Source: Actinomycetota bacterium (lineage in GTDB: Bacteria > Actinomycetota > CADDZG01 > WHSQ01). From it: DNA of 64,000 nt. Location of the stretch: the NCBI GenBank assembly GCA_035550975.1, contig DASZOC010000016.1, positions 13,073-77,072 on the forward strand, given 5' to 3'. The position numbers were made by a program, and so were the translations under genes. Shown one piece after another: positions 55,648-64,000 of this stretch. The number at the start of each line of letters is the position of its first letter. Within the stretch, counting starts at the first letter, position 1. The notes below the pieces were generated by a model. The model had not been told where the DNA came from, searched no databases, and saw nothing but the letters and a program-made list of their open reading frames with translations.

Positions 55648-56477
55648 TGAACGCCGTCGCCCGCTCGACGCGCCTGCCGGCGATCGTCGACTTCTACATA
55701 ACCGTTATGCGCGTTGCGGTGCAAGAACAGTTCCAATACCGCGCGGCGAACTACGCCTACATGATCGGCATGATCGCCGAGCCGGTGATCTACCTCGTGG
55801 TCTGGTCGACGGTGGCGAACGCGCAAGGCGGAGAGGTCGGAGGTTATTCGGCCGCCGAGCTGGCCGCCTATTACATCGTCTGGACCTTGGTCAGGAACAT
55901 CAACATCGTCTTCACGCCGAACGGCTGGGAATGGAGGATCCGCGAAGGCGATCTGTCCGGGATGCTGCTCCGACCGGTCCATCCCATCCATTACGACCTT
56001 GCGTATTTCGCCGGGTGGAAGGTGGTTGTAGTCGTGATGTGGCTCCCACTGGCGGCGGTTCTCGCGGCGGTATTCCGACCGGATCTAACGGTCACGGGGG
56101 TAGAAGTCATGGTCTTCTCCGTCTCGCTCCTAGGGGCGTATCTGATCCGATCGATGTTCCTGTGGGTCCTCGGCATGATCACTTTCTGGACCACGCGCGT
56201 AACAGCTCTCTACGAGCTGTACTTCACCGCCGAGCTCCTTCTGTCGGGAAGACTCGTACCACTGAACCTGATGCCGCCGTGGGCGCAGACGCTTGCAGAC
56301 TTTCTCCCCTATAGGTGGACGTTCGGATTCCCTATCGAAGCACTCGTCGCCGACCTGCCGACCAGCGACCTCCTCTCAGGTCTTGCGATGCAAGCAGCGT
56401 GGACCGTCGCGGGTGCCGCCCTCGTCGCAGTGGTGTGGCGCGCCGGGATCAAGCGCTACTCAGCGGTAGGTAACTGA
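55647..56477 (+). CDS. ABC-2 type transporter permease
   Basis: ATG 55647 (TGATG junction with the ATPase gene). 276 aa with about 6 TM segments. Confidence 0.7.
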   Translation: MNAVARSTRLPAIVDFYITVMRVAVQEQFQYRAANYAYMIGMIAEPVIYLVVWSTVANAQGGEVGGYSAAELAAYYIVWTLVRNINIVFTPNGWEWRIREGDLSGMLLRPVHPIHYDLAYFAGWKVVVVVMWLPLAAVLAAVFRPDLTVTGVEVMVFSVSLLGAYLIRSMFLWVLGMITFWTTRVTALYELYFTAELLLSGRLVPLNLMPPWAQTLADFLPYRWTFGFPIEALVADLPTSDLLSGLAMQAAWTVAGAALVAVVWRAGIKRYSAVGN

Positions 56478-57295
56478 TGGCGGAGCCGTCGCCGCGGCGA
56501 CCGGAGCCGCTGCGATCGTTGTCGCTCGCGTGGACGTTCCTCCGGATCGGCGCTATGACCGAGCTGCAGTATCGGGTGAACTTCTTCATCCAGATCTTCC
56601 AAACGATCATCATGGTTGGTACGGCCCTCGCGGTATTAGCGTTGGTGTTCTCGCACACGGAGGAGCTCGACGGATGGTCGTCACCGGAGCTCCTCGCCGT
56701 CGTGGGGATACACGTCCTCATGGGCGGCATCATTCGCACTCTCATCCAGCCGAACATGATCCGCCTGATCGAAGAGGTACGTGAGGGCAAGCTCGACTAC
56801 GCGCTAACGAAACCAGAGGACGCTCAGCTGCTGGTGAGCGTCCGGGACATACGCATCTGGCAGTTCGTCGACGTCCCAGTCGGCGCGACCATCCTTGGCA
56901 TTGCGCTCACTCAGCTGGATCGCCAGATCGGTGCTGGATCCGCCATCGCTTTTGGCGTCGCGCTCCTCCTCGGCGCAACGATGATCTATTGCTTCTGGAT
57001 GATCCTCACCATCGGCGCGTTCTGGATCGTGAGGATGGAGTTCATCGTGGAGCTATTCGAGGGCGTCTATCAGGCTGGTCGGTGGCCGGTGACGATCTAC
57101 CCCGGGTGGCTTCGCGCGTCATTGACGTTCCTCGTCCCCATCGGTTTCGCCATCACCGTTCCCGCCGAGGCCGTCACTGCGCGACTGAATGAAGTAACCC
57201 TCCTCGGTGCAGCGATCTTCGCGGTTCTCCTGTTCGGGTTCACGCGGGTTCTGTGGAGAGTTGGCCTCAAGCGTTACTCGGGGGCATCCGCGTAA
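56477..57295 (+). CDS. ABC-2 type transporter permease
   Basis: TGATG junction with the previous permease gene. 272 aa with about 6 TM segments. Confidence 0.7.
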   Translation: MAEPSPRRPEPLRSLSLAWTFLRIGAMTELQYRVNFFIQIFQTIIMVGTALAVLALVFSHTEELDGWSSPELLAVVGIHVLMGGIIRTLIQPNMIRLIEEVREGKLDYALTKPEDAQLLVSVRDIRIWQFVDVPVGATILGIALTQLDRQIGAGSAIAFGVALLLGATMIYCFWMILTIGAFWIVRMEFIVELFEGVYQAGRWPVTIYPGWLRASLTFLVPIGFAITVPAEAVTARLNEVTLLGAAIFAVLLFGFTRVLWRVGLKRYSGASA

Positions 57296-57313
57296 GCACC
57301 GAGTGATCGGCGC
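57296..57313. terminator. Short hairpin filling the gap between convergent genes (candidate bidirectional terminator)
   Basis: GCACCGA-gtga-TCGGCGC, 7 bp with one mismatch and no U-tract. Confidence 0.3.
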
Positions 57314-58483
57314 TCAGCTCGACGGGCCGCCGAAGCCGGGTGTCAGCAGCGCGTTGCGGCGGCCCGCACCCTTCGTCACGGTCGGGCCTCCGTCGGCGAC
57401 CTCACCGGTCGCACGGATCTCTGCGGCGACCCGCTCGGCCTCTTCCAGTAGCGCCTCCACCAAGCGGTCGTGAGGGACCCAGCCGATCTGCTTGCCCTTC
57501 GAGAACAACAGCCCCCGCCCGGGCCCAGCAGCGATGCCGATGTCGGCGTCGCGCGCCTCTCCGGGACCGTTCACCTCGCAGCCCATCACGGCGATCTGCA
57601 TCGGCGGGAGATCCATCTTCTCGATCGCGGCCTCGACCTCGTTCGCCAGCGCGAAGACGTCCAGTTCAGCGCGCCCGCATGACGGGCAGGCGACGAGGTC
57701 GAAGCCGTCCTCCTTCAAGCCGAGTGACTTGAGGATCTGCTTGCCGACCTTCACCTCTTCCACGGGCTCGGCCGTCAAGGAGACCCTGATCGTGTCGCCG
57801 ATGCCTTCGGCCAGCAGCGTTCCGATCCCGATCGCCGACTTGATGATCCCCTGCTTCGGCGTCCCGGCCTCGGTCACGCCGAGGTGTAGCGGCGCGTCGG
57901 TCTTCGTCGCGAGCAGCCGGTACGCCTCGATCATCTCGGGCACGTTCTGATGTTTCACCGAGATCTTGTAGTCGGTGAAACCGTGCTCTTCGAGCAACGA
58001 GATCTCGTGTAGGGCACTCTCCACCAGGGCCTCGGCGGTCGGCCGCCCGTACTTCGCGACGAGAGACTTGTCCAGCGACCCCGCGTTGACTCCGATCCTG
58101 ATCGGGACCCTGCGCGCTTTCGCTTCCTCCGCCACCTGCTTGATGTGGAGCGGGTTGCGCATGTTGCCGGGGTTCAGCCGGAGGCCGTGGACCCCCGCTT
58201 CGAGCGCCATCATCGCCAGCCGTACCGAGAAGTGGATGTCCGCGATGATCGGGACGCCGCCTTCCTTGACGATCTCCGGCAACGCCTTCGCGTCGCCTTC
58301 GTGCGGGACCGCGACGCGAACGATGTCGGCGCCCTGGGTGGCGAGCTCGTGCACCTGGATGATCGTCGCCTGCGCGTCTTCGGTCTTCGTGACGGTCATC
58401 GACTGGATCGAGATCGGTGCGTCTCCCCCGACGGCGACGTTGCCGACGTGCAGCTGCCGGGACTTGCGACGTTTGATCATCAT
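57314..58483 (-). CDS. ispG: 4-hydroxy-3-methylbut-2-en-1-yl diphosphate synthase
   Basis: [26 protein letters not shown].., with C-terminal Fe-S cysteines ([16 protein letters not shown]). Confidence 0.95.
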   Translation of the reverse strand: MMIKRRKSRQLHVGNVAVGGDAPISIQSMTVTKTEDAQATIIQVHELATQGADIVRVAVPHEGDAKALPEIVKEGGVPIIADIHFSVRLAMMALEAGVHGLRLNPGNMRNPLHIKQVAEEAKARRVPIRIGVNAGSLDKSLVAKYGRPTAEALVESALHEISLLEEHGFTDYKISVKHQNVPEMIEAYRLLATKTDAPLHLGVTEAGTPKQGIIKSAIGIGTLLAEGIGDTIRVSLTAEPVEEVKVGKQILKSLGLKEDGFDLVACPSCGRAELDVFALANEVEAAIEKMDLPPMQIAVMGCEVNGPGEARDADIGIAAGPGRGLLFSKGKQIGWVPHDRLVEALLEEAERVAAEIRATGEVADGGPTVTKGAGRRNALLTPGFGGPSS

Positions 58484-58490
58484 CCGCGCC

Positions 58491-59672
58491 CTAGAACGGA
58501 ACCTTGATAGGCCGCGCGAGGTCCAGATACAGCACCGCGAAGAAGAGGATCACGAAGAACGAGATGACGGCCGCCGCGATCGGGATCAGCTTCCTGACGT
58601 CGACGGTCTTGCCCGTGACCTTCTCGAACGCGAGAACGGCGAGGTGACCGCCGTCGAGAGGCGGTAACGGAAGGAGGTTCATCAACCCGACGAAGACGGT
58701 GAAGCCCACGATCAATCCGACGAGGTCGATGACGCGGCCCTCTTCGACGCTCTCGCCCGCGATACGCCCTGCGCCCACTATGCCGAGGGGGCCTTCGTCG
58801 ATCTGACGTTCGCCCGTACCGCTCAGCGCGTCCCACAGCTCGCCTCCGAACACCATTCCGAAGACGTCGCCGATCCCGCGCACCGACGCGACCGTCAACT
58901 GCCCTACCTTCTCGGCGGAGTCGGCGATCGCCGGCAGGAACGCGAGCCGCTCGTAGCGGGCGTCGGGTCTGATCCCGAGGAACCCGCCGATGCGCTCGCC
59001 CGGCGCGGGCTCCCGCAGGTCACCGCCGGGCTCGGCCGCGGTGACGAGCTCCTGGCCCTCGAAGATGGCCGGGTTGATCGGGACCTCGATGTCGACCTCG
59101 CGCCCCTCGCGCTCGACGGTGAACTCCGCCGTCTCGTTCGGGCGCTCCTGGATGTAGGCGACGATCTCCTCCCAGCTATCGGTCGGCCGTCCTCCGATCG
59201 CGATGATGCGATCGCCGACCTCGAAGCCGCCGCGGGCGGCCGCGGTCTCTACGCCATCGACGCTCCGCTGCACGAACGCCACCTCGTTACTGGGTTGATC
59301 GGTCGGAAACCCGATCGTCATCGTCGTGATCAACAGGAGCACGAACGCCAGGACCCAGTGTGTAGCCGAGCCCGCGACCAGCAGCAGCGCGCGCTGCCAC
59401 CGCGGCTTGTTCGGGTATGAGCGCGGCTCGTCCTCGGGCTCGATCTCCTCATACGGGCTCATGCCGATGATCTTCACGAAGCCGCCGAGAGGCAGCGCCT
59501 TCACGCCATATTCGGTCTCGCCTTTCTGGACGGACCAGATGGTGGGGCCGAAGCCGAGGAAGAACTTCGTCGCCTTGAAACCGAACAGCTTCGCGACCGC
59601 GAAGTGGCCCGCCTCGTGGACCATGATCACGATCAGGATCGCCGCGATGAACGCGAGGACTCCGGTCGTCAC
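58491..59672 (-). CDS. rseP: Site-2 (RIP) zinc metalloprotease, peptidase M50 with PDZ domain
   Basis: HEAGHF zinc motif, a central PDZ domain, and [12 protein letters not shown]. Confidence 0.9.
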   Translation of the reverse strand: MTTGVLAFIAAILIVIMVHEAGHFAVAKLFGFKATKFFLGFGPTIWSVQKGETEYGVKALPLGGFVKIIGMSPYEEIEPEDEPRSYPNKPRWQRALLLVAGSATHWVLAFVLLLITTMTIGFPTDQPSNEVAFVQRSVDGVETAAARGGFEVGDRIIAIGGRPTDSWEEIVAYIQERPNETAEFTVEREGREVDIEVPINPAIFEGQELVTAAEPGGDLREPAPGERIGGFLGIRPDARYERLAFLPAIADSAEKVGQLTVASVRGIGDVFGMVFGGELWDALSGTGERQIDEGPLGIVGAGRIAGESVEEGRVIDLVGLIVGFTVFVGLMNLLPLPPLDGGHLAVLAFEKVTGKTVDVRKLIPIAAAVISFFVILFFAVLYLDLARPIKVPF

Positions 59673-60781
59673 AGCGCCTCCTGAGCCACGACGGGATGGC
59701 GAGTCATGAGCGCACGCGCTTCAGCCCTCGCCCACGCGTCGGCGCGCAAGACGTCGCCGAGGTCCGTCGGGTCGAGGCTCTCGTGCCGCTCCACGACTTC
59801 CGCCGTCGTCTCCCATATCCCGGGAAACGACAGGTTGCCTTCCAGGAACGCGGCAACCGCAACCTCGTTCGCCGCGTTCATGACCGCCGGGAAGGTCCCG
59901 CCCCTCCGCCCCACCTCGTAGGCAAGCACGACCGCTGGGAACCTCACCGCATCGAGCGGCTCGAACGTCAGGCTCCCGAGCGAGCGCGGGTCGAGTCGAC
60001 GGCCCAGGGACGGCAGCCGGTCCGGATGCGAGACAGCAGCTTGGATCGGTATGCGCATGTCGGCCGGCGCGGCCTGCATGATCAGCGAGCCGTCCACCAG
60101 CTCGGCCATCGCGTGCACGACGCTCTGCGGGTGCACGACGACCCCGATGTCGTCGTAGTCGATGTCGAACAGGAAGTGTGCCTCGATGACCTCGAGACCC
60201 TTGTTCATCAGAGTCGCGGAGTCGATCGTGATCTTCGGACCCATCGACCACGTCGGATGCGCGAGCGCTTCGTCGGGTGTCACGTCCGACAGGTCGGCGC
60301 GCGCACGGAACGGGCCGCCCGACGCGGTCAGGTGGACGCGCGCCAGTACGGTCCTGTCGACGCCCGCCAGGCATTGAGCCAGCGCGGCATGCTCCGAGTC
60401 GACTGCAACGATCGAGCCGCCGCCGGATGTCGCCGCTGCGACGCAGAGCTCGCCACCGGCGACCAGGCTCTCCTTGTTCGCGAGAGCGAGAAGCTTTCCG
60501 GCTCCGAGGGCCGCGAGCGACGCCTTCAGTCCTGCCGCACCGGTTATCGCGTTCAGGACGATGTCTGCATCGGCGCGTCCGGCGACTGCTTCCGCCGGCT
60601 CGGCCCCCAAGCCGGTGTCGGCGCCGGGATGGCGCGCGGCTTGGTCGGCCAGCGTTTGCTCGTCGGAACCGGCAACGAGCCCGACCACTTCGAAGCGGTC
60701 GGGTCGAGCTTCGATGACCTCGAGGGCCTGCCGCCCGACCGAGCCGGTCGACCCGAGGATCACGACCTTCTTCGTTGCCAT
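59669..60781 (-). CDS. dxr: 1-deoxy-D-xylulose 5-phosphate reductoisomerase
   Basis: VVILGSTGSVGRQAL, NKESLV and the MNKGLEVIEA motif. Confidence 0.95.
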   Translation of the reverse strand: MATKKVVILGSTGSVGRQALEVIEARPDRFEVVGLVAGSDEQTLADQAARHPGADTGLGAEPAEAVAGRADADIVLNAITGAAGLKASLAALGAGKLLALANKESLVAGGELCVAAATSGGGSIVAVDSEHAALAQCLAGVDRTVLARVHLTASGGPFRARADLSDVTPDEALAHPTWSMGPKITIDSATLMNKGLEVIEAHFLFDIDYDDIGVVVHPQSVVHAMAELVDGSLIMQAAPADMRIPIQAAVSHPDRLPSLGRRLDPRSLGSLTFEPLDAVRFPAVVLAYEVGRRGGTFPAVMNAANEVAVAAFLEGNLSFPGIWETTAEVVERHESLDPTDLGDVLRADAWARAEARALMTRHPVVAQEAL

Positions 60782-61612
60782 CTACAGGACGATAAAGCGC
60801 AGGAACAGATACACGATCGGGCAGCAGAACAGGATCGCGTCGAGCCGATCCAAGAAACCTCCGTGACCGGGAAGCAACCTTCCGGAGTCCTTGATGCCGA
60901 GCTCTCTCTTCGCGAGCGATTCGATCAGGTCACCAGCCGGCGCGAACAACGCGCACAGGAGACCGATACCGAGTCCGGCGCCGAGCGACAGGTCGAACAA
61001 CAGACCGCCGAACAGCGCGCCCCCCGCGATCGACCCCGCCGCACCTCCCGCGAACCCCTCCCACGACTTGGCCGGCGAGATCGAGGGCGCCAGCTTGTGG
61101 CGCCCGAGCTTCGTCCCGACGAAGTAGGCAGCGATGTCACCGAGCGCGATCGTCAGGATCGTCGCGATGAGCAGAAGCAGTCCGTCCTGCGGCTCGATCA
61201 TCAGGATCGATACGGCTCCGGCTCCCCCGCCCGCGATCCACGCGACGCCCATGACGGTCCACGCGCTGTCGGTCGCGGGAGAAGGTCCCCGGTTCGGTCG
61301 CAACGCAAGTAGCAGCGCGCCGAACAGCGTCAGCGCGGTCACGACCGGCAACAGCTGGGGCTCCTGCGCGTACGCCACGAGCAGCAGCGCAGAGCCCGCC
61401 ACCAGGCCGAATGCGATCGAGGGGCGATGACCCTTCTGGACCAGGGCGTCCAGCAGCTCGAACAACGCGATCAGCACGACCGTTGCCGCGAGGACGAAGA
61501 ACGCGGTACGCCCGAGGAACGCGCAGAGGACTATGAGGCCCAGGAGGACGAGGGCCGTGACGACGGCCGCGCCGAGCGAGCGGCTCCCTGCCGAGGGGGC
61601 TTCCGTCCTCAA
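60782..61612 (-). CDS. cdsA: Phosphatidate cytidylyltransferase
   Basis: CTP-transferase signature SLAKRELGIKDSGRLLPGHGGFLDRLD. The TTG start overlaps the frr stop. Confidence 0.9.
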   Translation of the reverse strand: MRTEAPSAGSRSLGAAVVTALVLLGLIVLCAFLGRTAFFVLAATVVLIALFELLDALVQKGHRPSIAFGLVAGSALLLVAYAQEPQLLPVVTALTLFGALLLALRPNRGPSPATDSAWTVMGVAWIAGGGAGAVSILMIEPQDGLLLLIATILTIALGDIAAYFVGTKLGRHKLAPSISPAKSWEGFAGGAAGSIAGGALFGGLLFDLSLGAGLGIGLLCALFAPAGDLIESLAKRELGIKDSGRLLPGHGGFLDRLDAILFCCPIVYLFLRFIVL

Positions 61613-62175
61613 ACCTCGGAGAGCTCTGCTTCCTTGTTCTTGAGATGCTCGTCGACCTCCGCTACGTAGCGGTCGGTGATCTTCTGGAGCTGCGCCTCCG
61701 CGGCACGCTCTTCGTCTTCGGAGATCGAGTGGTCCTTCTTCATCCGTTCAAGCTCCTGTTTCGCGTGACGCCGGAGGTTGCGCACCGCGATGCGTCCCTC
61801 CTCCGCGCGTACGTGCGCGACCTTGATGAGCTCCTTGCGGCGGTCTTCGGTGAGCTGCGGGAACGCGAGCCGAACCACCGTGCCGTCGTTCGCGGGGGTC
61901 ACGCCCAGATCCGACGCGAGGATCGCTTTCTCGATCGCGCTGATGGAGTTCGGATCGTAAGGCGCGATCACAAGCAGCCGCGGCTCGGGGACCGAGAGGT
62001 TCGCGAGCTGGTTCAGCGGCGTCTGCGTTCCGTAGTAGTCGACGGTGATCCGGTTCAGCAGTGCCGGCGTCGCGCGGCCCGACCGGATCGAGGCGAGCTC
62101 CTCGTGGTTCACCGACACGGCCTTCTTCATCTTCTGTTCTGCTTCTCTAAGGACCTCGTCCTTCGTCTCGGCCAC
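61609..62175 (-). CDS. frr: Ribosome recycling factor
   Basis: 188 aa, ..IRSGRATPALLNRITVDYYG.. Confidence 0.95.
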   Translation of the reverse strand: MAETKDEVLREAEQKMKKAVSVNHEELASIRSGRATPALLNRITVDYYGTQTPLNQLANLSVPEPRLLVIAPYDPNSISAIEKAILASDLGVTPANDGTVVRLAFPQLTEDRRKELIKVAHVRAEEGRIAVRNLRRHAKQELERMKKDHSISEDEERAAEAQLQKITDRYVAEVDEHLKNKEAELSEV

Positions 62176-62195
62176 GCGACCTCCCTCAGTCTCGT

Positions 62196-63577
<1,382 letters not shown>

Positions 63578-63609
63578 CTCTGGGTCCTTCCTCGCTCGTA
63601 CCGGAGTCG

Positions 63610-64000
63610 CTACTTCGTCGCCGCCGTCTTGGGTCGCGGGTGGGACGCGTCGCCGGGCTCGTCACCGGGCGGATCGGACGGCGGAGTGTCTTCCTTGGCG
63701 AGCTCCGCGGCCTGATCGGGCAGGCGCGTCTCGGCCTTCGCGGCCTCCTCTTCGGCTTCGAGCTGGAGCTCCCAGTCCGCCTTCGGCTGGTCGGCGGCAC
63801 CGGGCAGCACGTCCGCCGGCCGCGCCGCGGTAGCGGGCGTCCCCGGCTCCTGAAGCTCCGGAGGTCGCATCGACCGACCCTCGATCACGGCGTCGGCGAT
63901 GATCCTCGTGAGGAGCGCGCCGGAGCGGATCGCGTCGTCGTTGCCGGGGATCGCGTAGTCGACGTCATCGGGGTCGCAGTTCGTGTCGAGCACCGCTACG
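63610..64000 (-). CDS. rpsB: 30S ribosomal protein S2, C-terminal part with a long acidic/Pro-rich extension; 5' end lies outside the window
   Basis: ..[23 protein letters not shown].., with the frame open to the window edge. Confidence 0.9.
   Translation of the reverse strand, partial: VAVLDTNCDPDDVDYAIPGNDDAIRSGALLTRIIADAVIEGRSMRPPELQEPGTPATAARPADVLPGAADQPKADWELQLEAEEEAAKAETRLPDQAAELAKEDTPPSDPPGDEPGDASHPRPKTAATK

Overview
This is a high-GC (about 67-70%), tightly packed chromosomal core segment. Gene content and order fit an actinobacterial-type Gram-positive genome: rimP-nusA-infB-rbfA-truB-ribF, rpsO-pnp, dapB/dapA-rnj-ftsK-rimO, pgsA-cinA, recA-recX, rny-miaB-miaA, dapF-dapL-hflX and rpsB-tsf-pyrH-frr-cdsA-dxr-rseP-ispG. 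Having both RNase Y and RNase J hints at a deep-branching class, but that is inference only. About 65 CDSs are supported, most on the minus strand, and many are joined by 1-8 nt start/stop overlaps (ATGA, GTGA, TTGA). No tRNA, rRNA, CRISPR array, transposase, integrase or recognisable defence system was seen. I found no convincing new multi-gene system, and most of the window is ordinary housekeeping DNA. The parts worth a second look are: (1) a 359-aa LAGLIDADG intein splitting recA, with an SOS box upstream; (2) a 40-51 nt palindromic element in two direct copies that bracket a GNAT-PadR-2TM cassette, one copy supplying the last codons and stop of rimO; (3) a 676-bp non-coding island between rny and an LPXTG surface-protein gene, holding long-range inverted repeats and two tandem-repeat arrays; (4) a kinase-less two-component-like pair in which a His-rich membrane protein has a HisKA_3-like helix with the acceptor His replaced by Asn and no ATPase domain, coupled to a receiver-only protein; (5) a 27-codon bL37-like ORF missing from the ORF track; (6) a perfect 10-bp hairpin in the rimP-nusA-infB leader. 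Many long ORFs in the track are arginine-rich antisense artefacts of high GC and were rejected. Several true genes start well inside their maximal ORFs, so starts were re-derived by codon counting.
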